Assembly (NCBI RefSeq): GCF_013213835.1
Contig: NZ_JABSSU010000005.1
Span: 205,294 to 269,293 of the forward strand
Reading direction: 5' to 3'
DNA length: 64,000 nucleotides
Source of the DNA: Winogradskyella sp.
Lineage (GTDB): Bacteria > Bacteroidota > Bacteroidia > Flavobacteriales > Flavobacteriaceae
In this document: piece after piece, positions 1 to 9,194 of the stretch
How the letters are laid out: each line of letters opens with the position of its first letter
Position numbering within the stretch: position 1 is the first letter of the stretch
Program-made: the position numbers and the translations under genes
Notes under the pieces: model-generated
The model's database searches: none
What the model was told of the DNA's origin: nothing
The model's input: the letters and a program-made list of their open reading frames with translations, nothing else

Positions 1-150
1 AAAACTCTATTTAATTCACCTCTAGAATTGATACTTTTAGAGAATTCTAAACATGTTCCTGGTAGAATTCACCTCGATTTGATTCAATCTAGAATTTTAA
101 AATAGTATAGATATCTTTCTATCAGAATCAAAATTTCAAGAAGCTTATAA

Positions 151-686
151 CTATTTCAGTTCATTAAATCGTCTCTAGGATTGCTGTGCATCCTTATTAA
201 TCCGCCTTGAAAATACTTCAAACAAAAAAATGCTCAAGCTGACACAATCTTAAACGCCTTTTAGTAATTCATCAAAGCGTCTCTAGGATTGCTGCGCATC
301 CTTTTTGATCCGCTTTGAAAATACTTCAAATAAAAAATGCTCAAGCAAGCCTACACAATTTTAAATCCCTTTTAGTAATTCATCAAATCGTCTCAAGGAT
401 TGCTACGCATCCTTTATGATCCGCTTTGAAAATACTTCAAACAAAAAAATGCTCAAGCAAGCCTACACAATTTTAAATCCCTTTTAGTAATTCATCAAAT
501 CGTCTCAAGGATTGCTACGCATCCTTTATGATCCGCTTTGAAAATACTTCAAACAAAAAAATGCTCAAGCAAGCCTACACAATTTTAAATCCCTTTTAGT
601 AATTCATCAAATCGTCTCAAGGATTGCTACGCATCCTTTATGATCCGCTTTGAAAATACTTCAAACAAAAAAATGCTCAAGCAAGC
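151..686. repeat. Tandem array of about 5 head-to-tail units of 111-112 bp
   Basis: Units start at about 151, 258, 369, 481 and 593. Units 3-5 are identical base for base over their shared length, unit 2 differs at a handful of positions, and unit 1 is more diverged. Degenerate relics (taattcacctc...) run to position 1, so the array may continue beyond the left edge. Each unit has two small inverted repeats (aggat-N8-atcct and tttgaa-N5-ttcaaa). Each ends with a copy of the left arm of the terminator palindrome. The period is not a multiple of 3 and no ORF spans the array. Confidence 0.9.
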
Positions 687-698
687 TTGGCATTTTTT
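667..698 (-). terminator. Rho-independent (bidirectional-looking) terminator downstream of tRNA-Arg
   Basis: Hairpin atgctcaag-caag-cttggcat (673-693), flanked by an A-run (667-673, which reads as a U-run on the minus strand) and a T-run (693-698). It is embedded in a longer imperfect palindrome, aaatacttcaaa...tttgaagtattt, at about 655-713. Confidence 0.6.
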
Positions 699-718
699 CT
701 TTTTGAAGTATTTATTCG

Positions 719-792
719 TGACCACGGTAGGATTCAAACCTACGACCGCTGGAGCCGAAATCCAGTGCTCTATTCAGCTGAGCTACGTGGCC
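719..792 (-). tRNA. tRNA-Arg (anticodon UCG)
   Basis: The reverse complement folds as a 74-nt cloverleaf: GGCCACG-TA-GCTC-AGCTGAATA-GAGC-A-CTGGA-TTTCGGC-TCCAG-CGGTC-GTAGG-TTTGAAT-CCTAC-CGTGGTC-A. The anticodon loop uuUCGgc gives UCG. CCA is not encoded. Confidence 0.85.
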
Positions 793-799
793 AATTATA

Positions 800-1252
800 T
801 TAAGCCATTAATTTAGCCTTTACAATAGTAGAAATAGTTTTACCATCTGCCTGACCTGCCAATTCTTTAGAGACAATACCCATAACTTTACCCATATCTT
901 TCATGCCTTCAGCACCAACTTTATCAATGGTCATTACAACAACTTTTTCAATCTCTTCCTCACTAAGCGCTTCTGGTAAAAACTGACTAATAACCTTAGC
1001 TTGCTCCAACTCTGGTTGTGCCAAATCTTCTCTCTTCTGTTCTAAAAAAATAGCAGCACTGTCTTTACGCTGCTTCACCATTTTAGATAGAATTTTAATT
1101 TCCTGTTCTTCCGTTAATTCTTCATCTGATGACGATGCTGTCTTTACCAACAAGATTTCAGCCTTAACTGCTCTTAACGCCGCCAATGCAGTTTGATTTT
1201 TTTCTTTCATAGCAGTCTTCATTGCTGCCATGATCTCAGATTGTAAACTCAT
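800..1252 (-). CDS. yqeY: GatB/YqeY domain protein
   Basis: Translation MSLQSEIMAAMKTAMKEKNQTALAALRAVKAEILL... is typical of YqeY. I use the ATG at 1252; the ORF-track start at 1258 is a GTG two codons upstream. Confidence 0.8.
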   Translation of the reverse strand: MSLQSEIMAAMKTAMKEKNQTALAALRAVKAEILLVKTASSSDEELTEEQEIKILSKMVKQRKDSAAIFLEQKREDLAQPELEQAKVISQFLPEALSEEEIEKVVVMTIDKVGAEGMKDMGKVMGIVSKELAGQADGKTISTIVKAKLMA

Positions 1253-1320
1253 TATCACTACAAATTTAAAGGATACGAATATACTAAAAACTATACGTTA
1301 CCACTTGTTCTTAAGCTAAT

Positions 1321-1359
1321 AAAAAAAACCCAGAAAGTTGAGGGATTTATCTTTCTGGG
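1321..1359 (-). terminator. Rho-independent terminator after ftsZ (end of dcw operon)
   Basis: 9-bp stem cccagaaag/ctttctggg (1329-1337 / 1351-1359) with a 13-nt loop. On the minus strand it is followed by T8 (complement of 1321-1328). It lies 30 nt downstream of the ftsZ stop. Confidence 0.75.
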
Positions 1360-1388
1360 CTCGACTATGTTGAGTTAAAGCTAACTTT

Positions 1389-3332
1389 TTAATCTACATT
1401 ATCGTGCAAGAAGGAATTATTACTACGCAACTGAATATCATCATTATCATCTGTACCAACAGACATTCTTGATGCATTAGTTTCCGAAGATGAATGCTGA
1501 GCATCCTCTAAATTTACTCCTTGCCTTTTATATGCAGGTTCTTTTTCTATATCGTCAATCTTCGCTGTATTAAATTTATAATTAAAGTCTTTCATGTGCT
1601 TTCTTCGTTCGTCTGCACGTGCTTTAATCAGCTCAGAAATTGGACTATTAATAGGGTCTATTTCTTCTTCTACAACCGGTTTTGTCTCCTCAACAGGCAT
1701 TACTTTCTTTTCGAATACTATCTCTTCCTTAACTTCTGTTTCTTTTGTTTTAGCTTCGGTATTGATTGATGAACCGTAGGTTTCAAAATCATCTAAAACA
1801 TAACGCTTCTCACCTTCTTCGTTTACTTCTGTTACTGAAATAATCTCAATTGGTTCATTAACTTCGATATCTTTGACATCGTCATCTAAGCTAAAGAAAA
1901 TCGTTTCTTCACCTGTTTCTGGTTCTTCAATTTTCTCAGGCTCTACATTAGATAATGGTAAATCAAATGTAAGTGTAATCTGCTCTTCTTGAATTGGTTC
2001 TATGTCTTCAACCTTATTTTCTATCGGCGTAATGATAAAGTCTTCAGTCGTATCTTCAGTAGGAATTTTAGCATCTAAAACTTCCTCGTATACCACATTA
2101 ATATTTCTAATCGCTTCTGTTGTGGCAATTAAATCTGTTTGGTTACTAGTAGTTATCTCAAACTCATCTTCAATATCGTCTGTTAAGACGTGCTTCACAA
2201 TAGGAGCTTCTTTCTTTTCTTCTAAAACGATATCTGGCGTAATAATAGCCGGCTCTCTTTCTTGAGTACTTATTTCTTCAATGATCTCTTCCTCTTCTAA
2301 TGCATGAATGACTTTCTTGGCTTCTGTATTAGATATCTCATTTTGCTGATCAATATCAAATCCTGTAGCTATAATGGTCACAGAAATAGATTCTTGAAGT
2401 GATTCATCTTCACCAACACCCATAATTATATTTGCTCCATGACCTGCTTCATTTTGAATGTGGTCATTGATTTCACCGATTTCATCAATAGTGATTTCTT
2501 GAGAACCTGAAACTATTAACAATAGTACATTCTTAGCTCCTGTAATCTTATTATCATTTAGCAATGGTGAATCCAAAGCCTTCATAATCGCCTCTTGAGC
2601 TCTTGTCTGTCCTGAAGCCGTTGCAGAACCCATAATTGCTGTTCCACTATTACTTAATACCGTTTTAGCATCACGTAAATCGATGTTTTGCGTATAGTGA
2701 TGTGTAATAACCTCAGCAATACCTCTAGATGCTGTTGATAATACTTCATCAGCTTTAGAGAATCCGGCCTTAAATCCTAAGTTACCGTATACTTCTCGAA
2801 GCTTATTGTTATTAATTACAATTAACGAATCTACATGCTGACGTAATCTTTCGATACCTTTTTGTGCTTGCTCATTACGCATCTTTCCTTCAAACTGAAA
2901 AGGCATCGTTACAATACCAACAGTAAGAATATCTAATTCCTTAGACATTTTAGCGATTACAGGTGCAGCACCAGTACCTGTTCCGCCACCCATTCCTGCA
3001 GTGATAAACACCATCTTTGTATTGGTGTCTAACATTCTGCGGATATCTTCAAGACTTTCAACAGCAGCTTGCTCACCAACATCTGGGTTAGCACCAGCAC
3101 CTAAACCTTCAGTAAGATTAACACCTAACTGAATTTTATTTGGTACACCACTGTTATGAAGTGCTTGCGCATCTGTATTACAGATCACAAAATCAACTCC
3201 TTTTATGCCTTGCTGAAACATATGATTAATGGCGTTGCTTCCACCTCCACCAACACCAATTACCTTGATGACATTAGATTGATGCTTAGGTAAATCAAAT
3301 GAAATGCTTTCGAAATCGTTATTATTACTCAT
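1389..3332 (-). CDS. ftsZ: Cell division GTPase FtsZ with a long acidic C-terminal linker
   Basis: 647 aa. Tubulin-type motifs GVGGGGSNAINHM and GGGTGTGAAP. It is the last gene of the dcw cluster. Confidence 0.97.
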   Translation of the reverse strand: MSNNNDFESISFDLPKHQSNVIKVIGVGGGGSNAINHMFQQGIKGVDFVICNTDAQALHNSGVPNKIQLGVNLTEGLGAGANPDVGEQAAVESLEDIRRMLDTNTKMVFITAGMGGGTGTGAAPVIAKMSKELDILTVGIVTMPFQFEGKMRNEQAQKGIERLRQHVDSLIVINNNKLREVYGNLGFKAGFSKADEVLSTASRGIAEVITHHYTQNIDLRDAKTVLSNSGTAIMGSATASGQTRAQEAIMKALDSPLLNDNKITGAKNVLLLIVSGSQEITIDEIGEINDHIQNEAGHGANIIMGVGEDESLQESISVTIIATGFDIDQQNEISNTEAKKVIHALEEEEIIEEISTQEREPAIITPDIVLEEKKEAPIVKHVLTDDIEDEFEITTSNQTDLIATTEAIRNINVVYEEVLDAKIPTEDTTEDFIITPIENKVEDIEPIQEEQITLTFDLPLSNVEPEKIEEPETGEETIFFSLDDDVKDIEVNEPIEIISVTEVNEEGEKRYVLDDFETYGSSINTEAKTKETEVKEEIVFEKKVMPVEETKPVVEEEIDPINSPISELIKARADERRKHMKDFNYKFNTAKIDDIEKEPAYKRQGVNLEDAQHSSSETNASRMSVGTDDNDDIQLRSNNSFLHDNVD

Positions 3333-3384
3333 ACTCTCTAAGATTATATGATTTTTATATTTTTTAGTTTAGTTTCTTATTAGT

Positions 3385-4707
3385 TTATTCTGCGTTATCC
3401 AAAAAATCTTTAACGCGTTCTGTTAGTTTATCTAAAAACGAACGTCTTTCCTTCGGTTGTTCAGGCACCACTTCAGGCTCTGCTTCTGTAACCTCAGGTG
3501 TTTCTAATTCATTTTCGATCTCTTGCTCTTCTGCAACCTTACGTTCTTGTCGTTTTAGTCCGTCCATCACTAGTCCTACTGCTGTTGCATACAAGGGACT
3601 GGCAATATCTTCATCACTATCTCCAGCCAAATGCTCATTTGGATAGCCTATTCTGGTATCCATTCCTGTGATATATTCTACCAATTGCTTTAAATGTTTC
3701 AACTGGCTTCCACCACCAGTTAAGACAATACCACCAATGAGCTTTTTCTTTTGCTCTTCGTGACCATAATTTTTTATCTCTACATACACTTGTTCAATAA
3801 TTTCCACAACTCTTGCATGAATAATCTTTGACAAGTTTTTTAATGTAATCTCTTTTGGCTCTCTACCTCTTAACCCAGGAATAGATACGATTTCGTTATC
3901 CTTATTTTCACCTGGCCAAGCTGAACCAAACTTTATTTTCAACAGTTCCGCTTGCTTTTCAATAATAGAGCAACCTTCTTTGATATCTTCTGTAATGACA
4001 TTTCCACCAAAAGGAATTACCGCTGTATGTCTAATGATTCCATCCTTAAAAACCGCTAAATCTGTCGTTCCACCACCAATATCAATTAAGGCTACGCCAG
4101 CTTCTTTTTCTTCTTGACTTAATACCGCATTTGCAGATGCTAATGGCTCAAGCGTAATGCCTTCTAATTGTAACCCAGAACTTTTTACACATCTACCAAT
4201 ATTTCTTATCGATGACACTTGTCCTACAACAACATGAAAATTAGCTTCAAGTCGTCCACCATACATTCCTATTGGTTCTTTAATTTCAGCCTGACCATCC
4301 ACTTTAAATTCTTGTGGTAGCACATGGATAATTTCTTCACCTGGAAGCATCACTAACTTATGGACCTGATTGATTAAACGGTCTATATCAGAATCTTCAA
4401 TGACAACTTCTGAGTTTGATCTCGTGATATAATCACTGTGTTGTAAGCTTCTAATATGTTGACCAGCAATACCAACTGTAACCTCTTCTATCTTTTCTGA
4501 TGCAGCAGCTTCAGCTTCTTGCACCGCTTGCTGAATTGACTGAATGGTTTGGGTAATATTATTAACTACTCCGCGATGTACACCCAAACTTTTGGATTTC
4601 CCTACACCAAGTATTTCTACTTTACCGTACTCATTCTTACGACCAATCATGGCCACAATTTTTGTGGTTCCTATATCTAAACCTACCGAAATGTTATGTT
4701 TGTCCAT
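3385..4707 (-). CDS. ftsA: Cell division protein FtsA
   Basis: 440 aa. Actin-like ATPase motifs DIGTTKI and DIGGGTTD. It sits between ftsQ and ftsZ. Confidence 0.95.
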   Translation of the reverse strand: MDKHNISVGLDIGTTKIVAMIGRKNEYGKVEILGVGKSKSLGVHRGVVNNITQTIQSIQQAVQEAEAAASEKIEEVTVGIAGQHIRSLQHSDYITRSNSEVVIEDSDIDRLINQVHKLVMLPGEEIIHVLPQEFKVDGQAEIKEPIGMYGGRLEANFHVVVGQVSSIRNIGRCVKSSGLQLEGITLEPLASANAVLSQEEKEAGVALIDIGGGTTDLAVFKDGIIRHTAVIPFGGNVITEDIKEGCSIIEKQAELLKIKFGSAWPGENKDNEIVSIPGLRGREPKEITLKNLSKIIHARVVEIIEQVYVEIKNYGHEEQKKKLIGGIVLTGGGSQLKHLKQLVEYITGMDTRIGYPNEHLAGDSDEDIASPLYATAVGLVMDGLKRQERKVAEEQEIENELETPEVTEAEPEVVPEQPKERRSFLDKLTERVKDFLDNAE

Positions 4708-4710
4708 AGT

Positions 4711-5430
4711 CTATGCTTTGGTGCAAATTACTTGTTTGTCAAACTTTAGGTTGACACGTTTATACTTATCTAAAATTTTATCTTTTAAAGCCTTTTGATA
4801 AAAAGCCTTGAAATTATTTATCTTTTTTTCGAGCTGTTTTAATGTTCCTAAATGCACAGTAAAATCACTCTTTCTAATCTTGAAATCAATAGTTTTATCA
4901 CTATTCTGGTGGATTTCAATGACGTATTTTTTCAAGAATTCATCTTCATCAACAGCTTTAGCGAATTGATAAACTGTCTCAAGGTCATTTTTCTTAATAT
5001 TACCAGTAACTAATGGAACTCTTGCAGCATAGTTAGTTGACAGAGGCATAAACTGACCTTCATCATCAATGTAATATGATGCATTGGTATTCACCCGCGC
5101 AATAGGTCGTTTTTGTTCAATTTCTGCCGAAAGCTCACCGTTTACTGACATAAACACTTCTGCTTTCTTTATCATTGGATTAGATTTTAGGGCAATCTCT
5201 AATTCATTCAAATCTATAATATCTTTAGGCTGGTCTGAAACGGGCTGTTGATTTTGTATTAACAATTTACTAACAGTAGCTTCAGTTATAAATAATTTGT
5301 TCTCACCCTGAAATTCGATGTTTGGCTCACTGACTTTTCGTGTTCGATTCCGGTGGTTTGAAAAGGCATATAAAAACCCTACAAACAGCACTAAAACAAT
5401 GATTTTTAAGTAGTTATAATTAACCTTCAT
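4711..5430 (-). CDS. ftsQ: Cell division protein FtsQ
   Basis: 239 aa. One N-terminal TM helix followed by a POTRA-like region. Conserved position between murC and ftsA. Confidence 0.8.
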   Translation of the reverse strand: MKVNYNYLKIIVLVLFVGFLYAFSNHRNRTRKVSEPNIEFQGENKLFITEATVSKLLIQNQQPVSDQPKDIIDLNELEIALKSNPMIKKAEVFMSVNGELSAEIEQKRPIARVNTNASYYIDDEGQFMPLSTNYAARVPLVTGNIKKNDLETVYQFAKAVDEDEFLKKYVIEIHQNSDKTIDFKIRKSDFTVHLGTLKQLEKKINNFKAFYQKALKDKILDKYKRVNLKFDKQVICTKA

Positions 5431-6772
5431 TTGAAAAAGCAGCTTTAATGTATTTCACTTCTTCCCCTATATCTCCAGCACCCAAAGTGAGCACTATATC
5501 TGCATCTGATTTTTTAATTGATTGGATGATTTCAGATTTTAAAATCAACTTTTTATTTAGATTTTCAACCTTATTTAAAAGCCAGTTAGACGTCACTCCT
5601 TCGATTGGTAATTCCCGTGCTGGATAGATATCTAAAAGCAATACTTCATCAAAATTTGAAAGACTTTCCGCAAACTCATCTACAAAATCTTTTGTTCTAC
5701 TAAATAAATGTGGTTGAAATATCACCAATACACTTTTGTTTGGATACATTTCACGTACTGCAGCATGCACTGCATTGATTTCTGTTGGATGATGCGCGTA
5801 ATCATCTATATAGACAAAATCCTTTGTTTTGATTTGATAAGTAAATCGTCTTTTAACTCCTCTGTAAGCGTCTAGTCCAGTTTTCAAATCAGGAATATCA
5901 CAACCATATTCGATTGCCATTGCTAGCCCGATTACTGCATTAGATAAATTATGTCGTCCAGGTAAATGAAATGTAAACGCTTCAAAAATGTTTTGAGGTG
6001 TCTTTAAATCGAAAATATACGCACCATTTTCTATGCGAACATTCTGAGCTTCATAATCTGAATTATCCTCAACCCCATAGGTTATGCCTTCTAACGACAA
6101 TCCGTTTTTTACAAAAAGCTTACCATTTGGTTTTATACACTCTGAAAACTCCTTAAAGGATTTATGAAGTTCTGAAGCATCACCATAAATATCTAAATGG
6201 TCAGCATCCATAGACGTAATACACGCTATATCTGGTGCTAATGTTAAAAACGAACGGTCAAATTCATCAGCTTCAACCACTGTGGTTTCTGTGCCATTAA
6301 GGATTAGGTTAGAATTGTAATTTTCACTGATTCCACCTAAAAATGCCGTTACCGGCGCATTGCATTCATTAAGTAAATGCCCTAAAATACTCGTTGTTGT
6401 TGTTTTACCATGAGTGCCTGCAACTGCTAAACATTGAGTTTGCTTTGTAATTTCTCCAAGCGCGACAGACCGCTTAACTACATTAAAGCCATTAGCTTTA
6501 AAATACTGAAACTCCGAATGACTGTTTGGTATTGCTGGTGTGTACACTACCAATGTCTGCTCTGGATTTAAAAACTTTGAATCCACTAAAGCAATATCAT
6601 CTTCAAAATGAACTTGTACACCTAAGTCTTCCAAAGCTTTTGTTATTTCAGTTGATGTTTTGTCATAACCACCAACTTGTTTACCATAAGCCACAAAATA
6701 ACGCGCTAAGGCACTCATTCCTATGCCACCAATGCCAATAAAATAAACGTTATTTACAGACTTAAAATTCAT
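5420..6772 (-). CDS. murC: UDP-N-acetylmuramate--L-alanine ligase
   Basis: 450 aa. GIGGIGMSALA Rossmann motif and GTHGKTTT P-loop of the Mur ligases. Confidence 0.95.
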   Translation of the reverse strand: MNFKSVNNVYFIGIGGIGMSALARYFVAYGKQVGGYDKTSTEITKALEDLGVQVHFEDDIALVDSKFLNPEQTLVVYTPAIPNSHSEFQYFKANGFNVVKRSVALGEITKQTQCLAVAGTHGKTTTTSILGHLLNECNAPVTAFLGGISENYNSNLILNGTETTVVEADEFDRSFLTLAPDIACITSMDADHLDIYGDASELHKSFKEFSECIKPNGKLFVKNGLSLEGITYGVEDNSDYEAQNVRIENGAYIFDLKTPQNIFEAFTFHLPGRHNLSNAVIGLAMAIEYGCDIPDLKTGLDAYRGVKRRFTYQIKTKDFVYIDDYAHHPTEINAVHAAVREMYPNKSVLVIFQPHLFSRTKDFVDEFAESLSNFDEVLLLDIYPARELPIEGVTSNWLLNKVENLNKKLILKSEIIQSIKKSDADIVLTLGAGDIGEEVKYIKAAFSNEG

Positions 6773-7875
6773 TATTTGGTTAAAAGCTTTTCAACTTCAT
6801 CTACGATATCATTAGTTGCATTGATCAATGCCAATGCTTCAATATTTTTACTTAAAGTTTTTCGTTTTTCTTCGTTAGAAATCAATTCAGAAAACATATT
6901 CTGAAATTCAGTATCTAAATCTTTTTCTCTTACTAAAATTGCGGCTTCTTTATCTGCAATAGCTTGAGCATTCTTTGTTTGATGGTCTTCTGCAACATTT
7001 GGCGATGGAATAAAAATGGTTGGTTTACCGACAATACAAAGCTCTGATACCGAAATGGCGCCAGCTCTAGAGATGATAATATCTGCCGCCGCATAAGCCA
7101 TATCCATATTATTCAAAAATGCATGTACTTGCACGTGGTTTAATTCATTATGATGCTTGTATTGGTCATAATATAGTTTGCCACATTGCCATACCAATTG
7201 CACATTATTATCTTCAAAAAACTGAAGATTAGTCTCAATAAGTTCATTTATTCTTCTTGCTCCTAAACTTCCACCTAAAACTAGAAGCGTATGCTTACTG
7301 TGTATTAAAGTAAATGCATCTTTACCTTCAATTTCTTTCCCCTTCACCTTTAATAAGTCCTGCCTAATCGGATTGCCAGTTAATTTCAGTTTTTCTTTTG
7401 GGAAGAATCGTTCCAAACCTTCATAAGCCACACAAACTGTATTCACTTTTTTACTTAATAGTTTATTCGTAATTCCTGGATATGAATTTTGTTCTTGAAT
7501 TAAACTAGGAATACCCTTTGAAATAGCAACTTTCAACAAAGGTCCACTCGCAAAACCGCCAGTACCGATAGCAACATTTGGTTTAAAGTTGTTTATTATT
7601 TTTCGAGATTTAAGCAAGCTTGATATTAACTTAAAAGGAAACATCAGATTCTTTAATGTAAGTCTACGCTGAATTCCAGAAATCCAAAGTCCTTTAATTT
7701 TATAACCTGCTTGAGGCACTTTATCCATTTCCATACGATCTGAAGCTCCTACAAACAAAAATTCAGCATCTGGATAACGAGATTTCAACTCATCAGCAAT
7801 AGCAACCGCAGGATAAATATGACCTCCTGTTCCACCTCCGGACAATATGAATTTATATTTTGATTTACGACTCAT
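6772..7875 (-). CDS. murG: UDP-GlcNAc:lipid I GlcNAc transferase MurG
   Basis: 367 aa. [11 protein letters not shown] motif. dcw position. Confidence 0.95.
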   Translation of the reverse strand: MSRKSKYKFILSGGGTGGHIYPAVAIADELKSRYPDAEFLFVGASDRMEMDKVPQAGYKIKGLWISGIQRRLTLKNLMFPFKLISSLLKSRKIINNFKPNVAIGTGGFASGPLLKVAISKGIPSLIQEQNSYPGITNKLLSKKVNTVCVAYEGLERFFPKEKLKLTGNPIRQDLLKVKGKEIEGKDAFTLIHSKHTLLVLGGSLGARRINELIETNLQFFEDNNVQLVWQCGKLYYDQYKHHNELNHVQVHAFLNNMDMAYAAADIIISRAGAISVSELCIVGKPTIFIPSPNVAEDHQTKNAQAIADKEAAILVREKDLDTEFQNMFSELISNEEKRKTLSKNIEALALINATNDIVDEVEKLLTK

Positions 7876-7883
7876 CTTTTCTC

Positions 7884-7903
7884 AACTTCGACAGCGCTCA
7901 GTT
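7884..7903 (-). repeat. Short intergenic stem-loop element (loop GAGCGCTGTCGA, stem AACT/AGTT), copy 1 of 3
   Basis: The minus strand reads aact-GAGCGCTGTCGA-agtt in the ftsW-murG spacer. The same 12-nt core with different complementary flanks occurs at 50308-50329 and 52137-52156. Confidence 0.6.
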
Positions 7904-7919
7904 TGACATTCTAATTCAG

Positions 7920-9113
7920 TTAAATAGCTTCACTTAAAATATCTAAAGGATTTTCTTCTTCTGATTCTTCTTTACTTTTTATCTCTTGGCGCTTAACACT
8001 TACACTTAATATGATTCCGATTGCCAAACAAGTCATCCATATGGATGTTCCACCACTACTTATTAAAGGCAAGGTTTGTCCTGTAACTGGAAACAATTCT
8101 ACCGCCACTGCCATATTTATCAATGCTTGAAAAACGATTGGCAAACCAACGGCTAAGACTAATAATTTCCCAAAAATGGTGTCTGACTTTTGAGAGACAA
8201 TAACAATCCTAAACAACAACCAAGAATACATTACCAACAGAAAAACACCACCAAATAAACCATACTCTTCAATAATGATAGCAAAAATGAAATCAGAAGA
8301 TGATTGTGGCAAAAAGTTCTTCTGAACACTTTTACCTGGCCCAAGCGGTTTTAATCCTGTTGCAATAGCAATTTTTGCTTTTTCAATTTGATAATCTGCC
8401 TCAGTATCTTCACCATTTGAGAAATTTTCTATTCTGCTCATCCAAGTATCCACACGGTTTGGCATTTGCTCTGGGAACGCTTTTGCTACCAAAATGAACA
8501 TAGCTAAAGCCGCAACTCCAGCACCGATAACCAGTAATAAATACTTCACCGGATAACCACCAATAAACGTGATCATCACAACCATAGAAAAAATAATTGC
8601 TGTTGTAGAAAAGTTAGCAGGTAGAATTAATATCAGAATAAAAAACACTGGCATCCATAACGGTATAATAGTCTCCTTAAAACTGACATTTTTATCTCTA
8701 ATTTTAGACAAGTACCTTGCTACATATACCATGAGTACAACAGCCGCTAAAGTGGATGTTTGAAATGACATATTAACCACCGGAATTTTAATCCAGCGAC
8801 TAGCATTGGCTCCTTCAATCGTGGTTCCTTGTAACATTGTAACCAACAACAATACAATAACAATAGGAACCATTATCATCGATAGACCTCTGAAATATTT
8901 GTAAGGTATTTTATGTATACCAAACATAATCCCAAACCCCAACGCCAAATGCATAAAATGCTTTAAAAAGAATGAAAACGTATTACTTGTTCCGCTAATA
9001 TTGGCCAAATTACTAGCAGCACTATACACAGGTAAAAAGGAAAAAATAGCCAACAATGTTGCTATAGCCCAAATGGCTCTATCACCTTTTATTTGCGAAA
9101 ACATGTTATTCAT
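7920..9113 (-). CDS. ftsW: SEDS-family peptidoglycan polymerase FtsW
   Basis: 397 aa polytopic membrane protein of the FtsW/RodA/SpoVE type, located between murD and murG. Confidence 0.9.
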   Translation of the reverse strand: MNNMFSQIKGDRAIWAIATLLAIFSFLPVYSAASNLANISGTSNTFSFFLKHFMHLALGFGIMFGIHKIPYKYFRGLSMIMVPIVIVLLLVTMLQGTTIEGANASRWIKIPVVNMSFQTSTLAAVVLMVYVARYLSKIRDKNVSFKETIIPLWMPVFFILILILPANFSTTAIIFSMVVMITFIGGYPVKYLLLVIGAGVAALAMFILVAKAFPEQMPNRVDTWMSRIENFSNGEDTEADYQIEKAKIAIATGLKPLGPGKSVQKNFLPQSSSDFIFAIIIEEYGLFGGVFLLVMYSWLLFRIVIVSQKSDTIFGKLLVLAVGLPIVFQALINMAVAVELFPVTGQTLPLISSGGTSIWMTCLAIGIILSVSVKRQEIKSKEESEEENPLDILSEAI

Positions 9114-9127
9114 TTCTTTATTTATTT

Positions 9128-9152
9128 GATGACTGAGTTACTCAAAGTCATC
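9128..9152 (-). other. Imperfect hairpin in the 81-nt murD-ftsW spacer
   Basis: gatgact-gag-tta-ctc-aa-agtcatc: a 7-bp outer stem plus a 3-bp inner stem with a 2-nt bulge. There is no flanking U-run. Confidence 0.4.
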
Positions 9153-9194
9153 CTTTTCCAATGAAGCTTCAAGAACCTCAGCCTCCATATTTAA

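Noticed and set aside
151-686. Possible CRISPR array, because of regularly spaced repeats
   Set aside because: The units are contiguous 111-112 bp copies with no unique spacers between them. No cas genes are in the window. It is a plain tandem repeat.
1521-2265. Plus-strand ORFs of 61-87 aa inside ftsZ (1521-1769, 1594-1779, 2002-2265)
   Set aside because: They lie antisense to a very well supported gene. Their translations are low-complexity S/F/I-rich strings produced by the complement of the acidic linker codons.
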